The translations under genes were made by a program, and so were the position numbers. The notes under the pieces were generated by a model. It did no database searches and was not told where the DNA came from. It saw only the letters and a list, made by a program, of their open reading frames with translations. Positions 28,901 through 37,470 of a stretch of DNA of 64,000 nucleotides are shown one piece after another (position 1 is the first letter of the stretch; every line of letters begins with the position of its first letter). This stretch comes from an uncultured bacterium (GTDB lineage Bacteria; Macinerneyibacteriota; Macinerneyibacteria; Macinerneyibacteriales; DSCS01). The stretch is from the NCBI GenBank assembly GCA_964548195.1, contig CAZJQC010000007.1:3219-67218 (forward strand). The letters run 5' to 3'.

Positions 28901-31005
28901 CACAACTCCGCGGATTCAACATTTTCAGCGCCCGCGACATACTCGGGGAAAATGCGTTCAACAAACGCCCATAACGCTTCAAGCTCATTCATGTGGTCAA
29001 GGATGATAAGCATGGACTTCCTGAAAAGCCAAAGGCGCCCGAAACTTTCCTTATAGTCGAAGACCTTCTCAAGATGTGTCTTGAGCGTCAGGTAGTCGGA
29101 ACGGCTCAGGGTGTAGCGCGACAACAGCTTGTCTATATACTGCAGCGCCTGAGGATATTTTTCACCGTCCATGGCCAGGTCTACAAGTGTCAGCAAAACA
29201 GTGGGGTCGTCGCTTTCCTGCTCCAGGAAGGCCACGTATTCCTTGACCAGATCCGTGCTTCCCACCTTATCGTAGGTCTTCACAAGGTCCTTTATGTCGT
29301 CCCTGACTATCCTGTAATATGCCTGGTCGTTTTCCCATATCTCGTCTATATAGGCGTGGCTTCGCAGAGAACCAAGATAACCCAGCACATCGTCTTTGCC
29401 CTTTTTCACAAGGCTTATGAGATCCGCCAGTGTGCATACCTTTCTGCTGTGTGCTATGTACCATAATATGCACATCTCCTCCGCCCGAAGAAACTGAAGT
29501 TTCTTTTCAAGCGTGTCATCTCTGGAGAGATAGTCTATGTTTTCCTCTATGGCAGCCTGGTCAAGACGTATCGCGCCGTCTTTGCCCGGATACGCAAGCT
29601 GTTTCTCAAACAGTTTCTGCACCATTCCCAGTATGCTGAGGGGCTGGTTCATGTCAAACCGCCCCAAAAACTCCATAAGCGCCGACATGTCATATTCCTT
29701 GCCTATTATCCCTTTTAAAAAGGCTTCGGTCTGAGACGCGTCAAGCGGAAGATATTCCTTCGTCACGATCTCAAACCGGGGATCCTTATAGAACACATTG
29801 AAGCGGTTTTTTTCCATGCCGGCGTCAAAAAGCAGGATCACATTGCCGTTATACTGCATATGCATCATCATATTGATAAATCTGTTTATCCTGTCATCCA
29901 TGCCGAGTACGTTTTCCACGTGAAGGACGATCTTCTTGGTTATGGAAAATTCAAACAGAAACTCAAGGAGTGAATTCTGCACCTTCAGCAGATATTGCTC
30001 GTAAAGCGTCTCGGTATAAAGTGTAAACTGACGCTCTATCATGCGGGAAAGATCCGGATTGACGCCATAATGCCTGATGCATTCAAAAAGATATTTCAGA
30101 AAGTCGTAAAAATCCTGTATCACGATCTCTATCTTCATGTACTTTTCCATCTTTAAAAATTCCAGAAAATCATGTATCAGTATGTTTTTAAAAGACCTGG
30201 AACTTCCCAGGAACATAAAGGCTATCTTCGAATTCCTCTTTATCTGAAAGGAATAGAGGTCTTTCAGTATTTCAAGATGCAGCGACTGACCCATCTCGTA
30301 AGAAGTCCAGTTTTTCTTTCGGTATATATATGAATACCGTTCCCCTCCGTACAGCCCGTCGGCTTTCATCATATCCAGCAGTGACTCTATATCCCCTGCG
30401 CCGGTCTTCCGCAGATATCCCGCATATTCTCCCATATCGGGGAAGATGTCCGCTGATATCCTTTCGATAAACGCGGCTGTGTTCATTACAAGTCTCTTAA
30501 AACCTGCGATGTCATAAACGGGGGAGAACTCTACATCCAGCATGTCCATCTTCAATGCCTTGCCGTCCGTGACAAAGATCTTTTCAGGATCGAACTCATA
30601 TACATACATCTTTCTCCCGTACAGGAAAAAGATCAGGTCCCAGAAGAGGTCCAGAAAGCGGCGGCAGTCCTCCGCCGAGAACCCGGGTTTCGCAGCGGCC
30701 GCGAGGAGGTCGTTGCCTATTATATACTCGCTGATCAGGACATAATAACTTGAATAGGTCAGATTTCCGTCGACCATCCAGATCTTTTCAAGATTATAGT
30801 ATTCGATCAGGTTCGGGTGCCTTATGTTCCAGGCGGCCTCATGTCTTTTTATGATCTCGGGTTTCCCCTCGTACATGTCAAAGATCTTGAGGAGCACGGT
30901 CTTGTTTTTAAAATTATCCTTCGCAACGTAATGGGAGACGGTTTCCTTGTCCGCCAGTCTCTTTAAAAGCAGGTATCTGTCGTTTATGGTCTTCATATGC
31001 ACCAT
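25945..31005 (-). CDS. Giant signalling protein: pseudokinase, degenerate STAND ATPase, TPR, GAF-like and degenerate GGDEF domains
   Basis: Kinase N-lobe (INDRYLLLKRL, HPNLIEYY), helical repeats, GGDEF fold (CPLTGVFTR, ADIDH, GRYLGEEF, VSMG); true start may be 30996. Confidence 0.75.
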   Translation of the reverse strand: MVHMKTINDRYLLLKRLADKETVSHYVAKDNFKNKTVLLKIFDMYEGKPEIIKRHEAAWNIRHPNLIEYYNLEKIWMVDGNLTYSSYYVLISEYIIGNDLLAAAAKPGFSAEDCRRFLDLFWDLIFFLYGRKMYVYEFDPEKIFVTDGKALKMDMLDVEFSPVYDIAGFKRLVMNTAAFIERISADIFPDMGEYAGYLRKTGAGDIESLLDMMKADGLYGGERYSYIYRKKNWTSYEMGQSLHLEILKDLYSFQIKRNSKIAFMFLGSSRSFKNILIHDFLEFLKMEKYMKIEIVIQDFYDFLKYLFECIRHYGVNPDLSRMIERQFTLYTETLYEQYLLKVQNSLLEFLFEFSITKKIVLHVENVLGMDDRINRFINMMMHMQYNGNVILLFDAGMEKNRFNVFYKDPRFEIVTKEYLPLDASQTEAFLKGIIGKEYDMSALMEFLGRFDMNQPLSILGMVQKLFEKQLAYPGKDGAIRLDQAAIEENIDYLSRDDTLEKKLQFLRAEEMCILWYIAHSRKVCTLADLISLVKKGKDDVLGYLGSLRSHAYIDEIWENDQAYYRIVRDDIKDLVKTYDKVGSTDLVKEYVAFLEQESDDPTVLLTLVDLAMDGEKYPQALQYIDKLLSRYTLSRSDYLTLKTHLEKVFDYKESFGRLWLFRKSMLIILDHMNELEALWAFVERIFPEYVAGAENVESAELWYYLSTTYGRLKKLYKDSLKRIRKLRQLAAGGRIKTEGAFLSDYFDFLMEKGESKHLSALKLAKDTAHAMSPYKAKIRADAFSHLYTSGEYEDIESAIDAFIEELTVLSVDETSFVKTLISALVMKGNILLNVGDATKAKSAYTAALEAAASVNSPRDQIIAHNNIASSKYFIGFSADEIIQELNKSVSIGRHAGDLQSVVVPLANIAELHAESFRFKEAYSTVAEAMRYVGKYDKKKYLIVLKQAIGILVQMGDFKKSRYLCTLIRKTAREMNYWQYMQEYNASMGDIYYYWNKPAKALEYYDRMMSESETRGVYNYEYFDISLKKVDILFNHMGKKTQARDLFNRLKTLSADRQTDLGDINLEFHSIYFVRTDEEKIAILERLLSRYKREKKNRKIVDVLIELSKLYEKKQFNYRLYEVCTDILFYEQHIKNNFPKGYIRFHQKTHIHRNISERKKAIAEMLGVPSGKITFNFVRGLWQEEYSSNMARFYKKDMFALIEDWNYAYMNIGETIKNILKYILEFSKSDRVTLFLRDSSKRFVKVQEVTERQVFGDEEYRSDLLYTVIKSPGMMTIRDYSTFSSNIVKAAVFPMLDYGFAEEFEEEDLTETYLNDAVRGFLYMDTKKYCNNIKKELTEYIFPLVQHMGLLTRYKEIRDEIIICPLTGVFTRYYFLNAIEKKIAQRRKDETIGFIIADIDHMSDLNRKYGEIEGDGIIRKVAQIMRDNADPGDIIGRYLGEEFVVAVPRVTKKKLMEKAEQLLRILRQDAYLSDKNVSVSMGMSYVPDHGEKLEIVLSKGVSALNRAKKEGEGLIFWEEKYGLYRGKHDILAGIITGDIAMTEDIVRNLIELTMLEPSDVKSYFWTLHGMLSRFLEYEHLDFKIRVGTEEYEYRDPKIMTIAKYIDYAKRTKESLIAINWKYEEDMKGMNSDLLVAIEEEGIYLHIYFSSGIKKKEYTYVEANLLNILARLITGHLRHLRKSPGLTN

Positions 31006-31007
31006 CC

Positions 31008-32165
31008 TTAAAGGGCAAGTCTGTAAATATTGACAATATCATTGAAATCAAGTCTCTTGAAAGAGCCTATGGCACCGTGTTCATCGACGATATTCGCCGC
31101 CATCTCGTCAACGGGAGCGTTACCGGCTCCCGCTTCCGAAAGGCTGCGGGGAAGCCCCAGTTTGCCGTAGTGATCCGTAAGCCTGTCTATGACTCCTTCA
31201 GGGTCTTCCGGAGCCAGCTCGCCCCACAGGGCGGCGCCCAGCCTTTTGAACTTCCAGCCGTTGTCACGGTCAAGCACATATTTCATCCAGGCCGGATAGA
31301 GCACGGAAAGGGATTCTCCGTACGGCACACCGCATTTCGCATTCAACTCATGCCCCAGCGTACGGACAGCCCTGTCGGGCCTTTTCCCGAGAGACAAAAA
31401 ACCGTTGCCGGCGACCGAAGCCGCCCACATCATCTCCCCCCTTGCCTCAAGATCGCTGCCATCCGCCCTGAGCCTTTTGGAAAGCCCCATCATCGTTCGC
31501 AGAACGGCTTCACACATATGGTCTGTGAATACCGATGTGGATCCGGAGGAGAAATATTGTTCAAAAACATGCCCTGTTATGTCAGATATCGCCGAAGCGG
31601 TGTTTCTTCGGTTGACTGAAAGCGTGTAGGACGGATCCATTATTGCAAATTTGGGTACTATGGCATCCGCGTATATCGCGCACTTGCGTCCGGTATCGCT
31701 GTTTGTTATCAGCGCGCAGCCATTGGCTTCCGAACCCGTCGCGGCATGGGTGAGTACCACACCCACCGGGACAGCCCTGGTGACGGTCTCTCTTCCCAGA
31801 AACATATCCCACACCCCCTGAGAGGAATGGACTCCCGCCGCAATGGCCTTCGCAGTGTCTATGACGGAGCCGCCGCCCACCGCCAGTATCAGATCCGCCC
31901 GGTGTTCTTTTACGGCCCTGACCCCCTCCTTCACCCTGCGCAACGTGGGGTTTCCCGTGATTCCGGAAAATTCGGCGCATGTGATGGCATATTTATTCAA
32001 TTCTCTTACGACATCTGAATAGATCTGATTCCGCTTTATGCTGCCCCCGCCATATACCAGCAGGACCCTGCTCCCGAATTTTGCGGCCTCTTTGCCCAGA
32101 TGTTTTACCTGTCCGCAGCCAAAAAAGACCTTTGTCGGGAGACAAAACTGAAAATCCGTCATCAC
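31008..32165 (-). CDS. Iron-containing alcohol dehydrogenase family (Bdh/YqhD-like); two metal His ligands appear substituted
   Basis: PTKVFFG, YGGGSIK, VGGGSVID, ATGSE, DITGH, LGHEL. Confidence 0.88.
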   Translation of the reverse strand: MMTDFQFCLPTKVFFGCGQVKHLGKEAAKFGSRVLLVYGGGSIKRNQIYSDVVRELNKYAITCAEFSGITGNPTLRRVKEGVRAVKEHRADLILAVGGGSVIDTAKAIAAGVHSSQGVWDMFLGRETVTRAVPVGVVLTHAATGSEANGCALITNSDTGRKCAIYADAIVPKFAIMDPSYTLSVNRRNTASAISDITGHVFEQYFSSGSTSVFTDHMCEAVLRTMMGLSKRLRADGSDLEARGEMMWAASVAGNGFLSLGKRPDRAVRTLGHELNAKCGVPYGESLSVLYPAWMKYVLDRDNGWKFKRLGAALWGELAPEDPEGVIDRLTDHYGKLGLPRSLSEAGAGNAPVDEMAANIVDEHGAIGSFKRLDFNDIVNIYRLAL

Positions 32166-32182
32166 CGCTCCTTTACATATCT

Positions 32183-32210
32183 ACTATACCCGCAATGACA
32201 AAAAAATCAA
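32183..32210 (-). promoter_or_regulatory. Predicted promoter of the Fe-ADH/giant-protein operon
   Basis: TTGATT-N16-TATAGT. Confidence 0.6.
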
Positions 32211-32235
32211 ATAAATACGGGGCGCCCCTTTCTGC

Positions 32236-32264
32236 TTGCAATGCTCTCTTTCGCCATTTATAAT
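32236..32264 (+). promoter_or_regulatory. Predicted divergent promoter of the M28-like gene (leaderless geometry)
   Basis: TTGCAA-N17-TATAAT; ATG follows 6 nt after the -10 box. Confidence 0.6.
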
Positions 32265-32270
32265 ATTTTC

Positions 32271-33716
32271 ATGAAAAGATCTTTCGCGTTTTTTTTACTG
32301 ATCACACTGTTCTCCTGCTCGGGAAAGGACCTTTTTCCCGAATACAGGAAGGCCATCGCTCAATACGACCCGTATAATGAAATAGAAAAGGACATTCACG
32401 GCATCATGAATGAAAACACCTCGGGACGCCTTCCGGGAACAAGAGCTTTCGACATAGCAGCTGATTACGTGGCTTTCGAGTTCCAGCAGTCGGGGCTCAC
32501 AAAACCCTATTTTTTGGATAACTATTTTCAGTATTTCTCTTTTGAAAACGGCGTGCTTTCCGCAAACGCATCCCTTTCCATAGGCGCGACAAAGCTTGAG
32601 GCAGGCAAAGATTTTGTGGTATGTCTTTCATCCGGCGGGACGGTATTGAAAAACGCCCCGCTCGCTTTTGCCGGATACGGGTTGTCCGAACCGGGAACGC
32701 GTTTCAACGACTACCTTTATACCAATGTCACGGGAAGAGTCGTATTGATGTTCAAGGAACTGCCCGCAGAATTTCTGATCAAATACCCGCGTTACAGCAA
32801 TGACGCCTACAGAGCATATATTGCAAAGAATCACGGAGCGCTGGGTGTCATCTTCATCGACACATCAAGTTACAACGCCAACGAATCAAAAAATTCGGCT
32901 TATGTGCCGGACCTTGTAAACATCGACAACTTTCCGCAAATGATCATAGGAGGCCGGACACTGGGAAAACTCCTTGAGGACGAAGGCATAGACCTGCTGG
33001 CCGCAAAAGAGGATATCGACCGCTCAAAAGACCCCTACCCCATTGACCTGCGGTCGAAGATCACCCTTTCCGTCCCGATCGTGCGGAAGACACACCGCAC
33101 GATGAATATACTCGGGTACATACCGGCTGACCGCGACGTCTCCATGCCAAGGAATATAATATTCGCGGCCAATCTTGACTCACTGGGCACACAGGGGGAA
33201 GAAAGTTATGAGGGCGCGGTATACAACGGATCAGGTGTAATAACCCTGTTGAACCTTGCCCGGCTCTTTACCGGCTTCAGGGAAAAAGGCTACAGGGCCA
33301 ATATCTGGTTTGTGGCATTTTCAGCCACGGAAGAGGGATTTAAAGGCGGATATGAGCTCTATGACACCCTTGAGTTCGACGGAAACAATACGGATATATT
33401 CATAAACATAGAGGGCACCGGAGCCACGGACAATGTGTTCGAGATCGGCGGGGGGCTGGACCATCCCGCCCTGTTCGAAGATCTGAACAATGCCAACGAC
33501 GACTTCGGACTGGGCCTTGACCTTGCAGTCTCACGCGGCTCTTACGGAGAAGGGCAAATATTTGCGGCCGCGGGCATACCGTCGCTTTATGTTTACGGAA
33601 AATCCGAAAAAAACAAAAACACCGTGGTCGACACGCCCGATAAAATACATAAAGAGGGCATTTCAAACATCACGAAACTGCTTTTTGCCGCTTTTCGCGA
33701 AAAGATCTATAAGTAA
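32271..33716 (+). CDS. M28 peptidase-family lipoprotein with PA domain; zinc ligands appear lost
   Basis: Lipobox LFSC, GRLPGT, PLAFAGYG, NILGYIP; motifs altered to ANLDS, GAVYN, ATEE, KNT. Confidence 0.8.
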   Translation: MKRSFAFFLLITLFSCSGKDLFPEYRKAIAQYDPYNEIEKDIHGIMNENTSGRLPGTRAFDIAADYVAFEFQQSGLTKPYFLDNYFQYFSFENGVLSANASLSIGATKLEAGKDFVVCLSSGGTVLKNAPLAFAGYGLSEPGTRFNDYLYTNVTGRVVLMFKELPAEFLIKYPRYSNDAYRAYIAKNHGALGVIFIDTSSYNANESKNSAYVPDLVNIDNFPQMIIGGRTLGKLLEDEGIDLLAAKEDIDRSKDPYPIDLRSKITLSVPIVRKTHRTMNILGYIPADRDVSMPRNIIFAANLDSLGTQGEESYEGAVYNGSGVITLLNLARLFTGFREKGYRANIWFVAFSATEEGFKGGYELYDTLEFDGNNTDIFINIEGTGATDNVFEIGGGLDHPALFEDLNNANDDFGLGLDLAVSRGSYGEGQIFAAAGIPSLYVYGKSEKNKNTVVDTPDKIHKEGISNITKLLFAAFREKIYK

Positions 33717-34857
33717 AATATAACATGGACAACATAAATATGCCGGAATACCAGAACACTATAAACGATCTTCCCGGCTGAAAATGCAGTATGAACCTGC
33801 TGTCATCGAATATAGCGAGATAACCCGTAAAAAGGGCGGCGGCTTTTTCCGAAAGCGGCACGATAAAAGCGGCAGCCCAATGCGGCATAGGCAGCAGCAG
33901 CATCAGCCCCAGCAACACAAGCGGATAGAGAAATATAAGTGAAAAGATGTTCATGACAGGGGACATGACATTGTACTTGCCGAAAAATACGCATATCAAC
34001 GGAAAAACCGCTGCCTGGGCGGACAATGTGACCAGCAGCATCCTGAGAAGGATGTTGCCTGTCTTTCTGATCACATCAGCCATAAGTATTATACCCAGCG
34101 TCGCAGTCATGCTCAGCCAAAAACCCAATGAGTGAAAATATGATGGGTTGACGGCTATCATCACCATGCCTGATAATGCCCAGATATTGACCGGGTGTGA
34201 CGGACTTTTTAACAACCGCGAGAGCAGAAAAAACATGATCATGAGATATGCGCGAAAAGACGAGACATAAAAATCGGTGACAAACAAATAAAGTGTCATA
34301 AAAAACATCATCATCACTTGTCTTATATTATATGCGATTTTTTTCAACAAAACCCCGAATATTGTCATTACCATGCCGAAATGCAACCCGCTTATGGCGA
34401 TCAGATGATAACTTCCCGTGTTTGAAAAGAGCTCCTTTGAGTCGGCGGAAAGGAAATCCCGTTTGCCGGTGGCAATCGATTTAACGATGCCGTATAGCTC
34501 GCCGCTTGAAAAATATCCGGCTTTTTCCACCAAGAACCTCTTGAGAAAAAACGGATCGTGAAAAAACACGCCACGATATACGGAATAATAGGCGGCCGAT
34601 GCGAAGAAAAGAGCCGTCAGTGTGAAAAAAAGGCGCGGCATCCTGCCACGAGCGAGCAGAGACAATACACAGGCCTGTAAAGATAAAACACCCGCCGTGA
34701 AAAAAGGCGGGCGTAAAAAGAAATCAAACATAAGAGGCAGAGACATCACAGCGTATATCAACGCCGAATCATACACTCTGATCCCTACGCGCGGATAACG
34801 GGAGGCCGAAAGCCCCGCAACTGTTACAGACCCAGTCGTCTGCCTTCCTTGTCGCAC
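33670..34857 (-). CDS. comEC: ComEC/Rec2 competence protein (core domain only; start uncertain, possibly 34746)
   Basis: TGSYHLIAISGLH, SSFRA, NP...SLGFWLS, LSAQ, SPVMN. Confidence 0.85.
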   Translation of the reverse strand: MRQGRQTTGSVTVAGLSASRYPRVGIRVYDSALIYAVMSLPLMFDFFLRPPFFTAGVLSLQACVLSLLARGRMPRLFFTLTALFFASAAYYSVYRGVFFHDPFFLKRFLVEKAGYFSSGELYGIVKSIATGKRDFLSADSKELFSNTGSYHLIAISGLHFGMVMTIFGVLLKKIAYNIRQVMMMFFMTLYLFVTDFYVSSFRAYLMIMFFLLSRLLKSPSHPVNIWALSGMVMIAVNPSYFHSLGFWLSMTATLGIILMADVIRKTGNILLRMLLVTLSAQAAVFPLICVFFGKYNVMSPVMNIFSLIFLYPLVLLGLMLLLPMPHWAAAFIVPLSEKAAALFTGYLAIFDDSRFILHFQPGRSFIVFWYSGIFMLSMLYFTYRSFREKRQKAVS

Positions 34858-37121
34858 CTGTAAGCCACATCCTCTCTCAGGTACGCACTTTTGGCTCTCT
34901 GTGTCGGTATTTTGACCTTATACCACGAGAGTCCGTCCCCTTCAAAAAGTTCTTTGTTCTTAAGCTCCATGACCTCGCCCACAAACATGGGCTGCTGATG
35001 TTTCACAGCGTCCATGGCAGGCTCGTATCGCAGGAATACCGCATTTCCCCTCGTAAGTATACTCACTTCGGGATGCGCGGCCTCAGCCTCTATCCTGACA
35101 TAATAATGCGCACGCAAAAAGGTGTCATAGACAATAACTCCCGCCGTGGAAACGAGAAGAAAGATGATGATCGTGGTTATGATATTTGTGCGCTTGCGCT
35201 GCTGACGCTTAAGATAAGTCATTCTCGCGGCTTTTCTGCGCTGCACGTCAATACGTTTTCTCGAGGTGTTTCTCTGCGAGTCAAATACCGTGGAGACGTC
35301 TTCTATCCTTATGTTCCAGCCCATATTTTCAAACTGCGAACCCAGTGTCTCCGCTTCAGTCTGGTTCTTGACCCTTAGTTTCACGACAGGCTGTGAGACT
35401 ATACCGGCCGCGATCTCGGGTGTCATGTTGGGGTAGATCTCCACTATCGCTTCGGCCAGCTTTTCCCGCACCACCCAGTTACGCCTGTCGACGCCGGAAA
35501 GTATGAGATACTTCGGCGCCTCCTCGGAAGGCACGCCGACCGGTTTTTCTTTTTTGACGCGTACTTCAGGAGCCGGCTTCCCGGTGACTTCCTCAGCCGC
35601 CTTTTCCGGAATATCATGTATATGTTCGGACATCTGTCCTTTGTGTTCTATGATCTGTGTTATGCACCCAAGCCTTGATATGATCTTCTGAAGGTCCCTC
35701 GCCGAATCTTCGCTTTCCATGGGTATTCTCTTTGATTCCGCCGCCGCGATCTCATATGCGGTGTTCTCTTCCATCTCGGGTATCATAAGCATAAGCATCT
35801 TTACAAACTTGCTCTTCCATGAATCATCATGGCCTTCCATGCCCTTTATCAGCAGGGAATATCCCGATACCGGCCTCTGATCTTCCTGTTCCGAGTCTTC
35901 GTCGGCATCCGCATCCGGCGCTCCTGCCACGGACTCGCTGATCTTCTCAACCGTACAGTCAAGGTCCTCCAACTCCGATTTAAACGAATCAAAATCCTCG
36001 GATTTTATGTCGACAACAAAGATATTATTGTTCATCAGCATCTTCAATTCGCTTTCGCTGACCTCCGGATTGAGCTCCTTGATCTTGTTGAAGACAAATT
36101 TATACTGGAATTTATTATTATTGTCAAAATTTATCTTGGACTTATAGACAAGGCCGCTGTATAAGGCCTCGCCGGCAGTCTCATCTCCGGAAGTCCCGAC
36201 GACGTCCGCCTCTACTGCCTCTGCAGCTCCGTCCGTTGAAAACCTGGAACCGCATACCATGCAGAAACGCGCATTGGGAAGGTTTTCAAACCCGCATTCC
36301 GGACATTCCCTGAAAGAGGGCTCTTCCCCGGTTTTTTCCGGCTCAAGCTGCGTTCCGCATCCCAGACAAAACCTTGCTATGCCCGGGTTTAAAAATCCGC
36401 AGTTGCCGCATTTGCGCCCCTCCGGGCTTCCGGACTGCTCCCTTTTCTGGCTTGCGGCAGGCACATCCTGAATGCTCATATACTGCACTTCTTCCTGATG
36501 GCCTATGGACAATCCCTGCCCGGACTCCGCAGCCATATCCGCCGATTCGTCCGGGGAGCCGCTGAGATCGTCTTCTTCGGGACTCAAAGACGAGTCCCCC
36601 TCAAAGGCATCAGCGCTTTCTGAAACGCCGTCATCCTCTGAAACATCTGATCCGATGGAGCCGTAATGGACTCCACTTGCACCGGAAATCGGCTCCTCTT
36701 CCGTGGAGAACTCCTCAATGCCCCGGTCGTAGTCAAATGTATCTTCTATGATCTCATCTTCCGAATAATCGTCTATGATCTCTTCGACCTCTTCTTCATG
36801 GCCGAACACCTGCGGCGATGCGGCGTCAAAAGCCGAGGACATGATGTCCGCGCTTTGGGGGACGTTCGATATGACTTCCCTGCCCCCAATGCCATACGTC
36901 TGAGATGACGCATCGGTCTTTGGGGTGCCGGACTCACCGGCACGGGTATGGTCCGTGCTTTGAGGAGCGCCGCAAAGGCTGCAGACAGTCTCGCCCGCCA
37001 TTATATCCCGACCGCACGAAACACATTTTTTCAATTTGATCTCATAACCGCAATATTCACAACGGTTTCCGTTTTCGGTCTCAATATCGGCTCCGCATTG
37101 CGGACAAATAAAATAAGACAT
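34824..37121 (-). CDS. Multi-zinc-ribbon bitopic membrane protein of unknown function
   Basis: Eight CxxC pairs, acidic linker, three alpha/beta repeats, one TM helix, SH3-like C-terminus; SD GGAGG. Confidence 0.8.
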   Translation of the reverse strand: MSYFICPQCGADIETENGNRCEYCGYEIKLKKCVSCGRDIMAGETVCSLCGAPQSTDHTRAGESGTPKTDASSQTYGIGGREVISNVPQSADIMSSAFDAASPQVFGHEEEVEEIIDDYSEDEIIEDTFDYDRGIEEFSTEEEPISGASGVHYGSIGSDVSEDDGVSESADAFEGDSSLSPEEDDLSGSPDESADMAAESGQGLSIGHQEEVQYMSIQDVPAASQKREQSGSPEGRKCGNCGFLNPGIARFCLGCGTQLEPEKTGEEPSFRECPECGFENLPNARFCMVCGSRFSTDGAAEAVEADVVGTSGDETAGEALYSGLVYKSKINFDNNNKFQYKFVFNKIKELNPEVSESELKMLMNNNIFVVDIKSEDFDSFKSELEDLDCTVEKISESVAGAPDADADEDSEQEDQRPVSGYSLLIKGMEGHDDSWKSKFVKMLMLMIPEMEENTAYEIAAAESKRIPMESEDSARDLQKIISRLGCITQIIEHKGQMSEHIHDIPEKAAEEVTGKPAPEVRVKKEKPVGVPSEEAPKYLILSGVDRRNWVVREKLAEAIVEIYPNMTPEIAAGIVSQPVVKLRVKNQTEAETLGSQFENMGWNIRIEDVSTVFDSQRNTSRKRIDVQRRKAARMTYLKRQQRKRTNIITTIIIFLLVSTAGVIVYDTFLRAHYYVRIEAEAAHPEVSILTRGNAVFLRYEPAMDAVKHQQPMFVGEVMELKNKELFEGDGLSWYKVKIPTQRAKSAYLREDVAYRCDKEGRRLGL

Positions 37122-37133
37122 ATATCCTCCCAC

Positions 37134-37418
37134 TTATCGCCCGGATCTTGATCTATACTGCCAGAAAACGACAAAGGTATAAAACAAGATGAAAAACCCA
37201 CCTACAAGCGCTTTGATTCCGAGGGAAATCGAGCCCTGAAGGACATGCACCGTATCCAGTATAAGGTTCCACCCGAAAACCAGGACAAGAATATAAACGA
37301 GCCCGTTTCGGAGCCTGACTTTAATATCATCGGTAATGTCCAACTTTTTTATGCCGCTCAAGCCTGCAATATAAAGCAAAACATATAAGATCAACAGTAT
37401 AAGCACCTTATACTCCAT
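37134..37418 (-). CDS. Small hypothetical membrane protein (3 TM)
   Basis: 94 aa, hydrophobic, preceded by its own promoter-like motif. Confidence 0.65.
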   Translation of the reverse strand: MEYKVLILLILYVLLYIAGLSGIKKLDITDDIKVRLRNGLVYILVLVFGWNLILDTVHVLQGSISLGIKALVGGFFILFYTFVVFWQYRSRSGR

Positions 37419-37424
37419 GGGAAT

Positions 37425-37452
37425 ACTATACTCCTCTTATAATGATTGTCAA
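37425..37452 (-). promoter_or_regulatory. Predicted promoter
   Basis: TTGACA-N16-TATAGT; ATG 6 nt downstream. Confidence 0.6.
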
Positions 37453-37470
37453 ACATTTAATAAACGGAGA

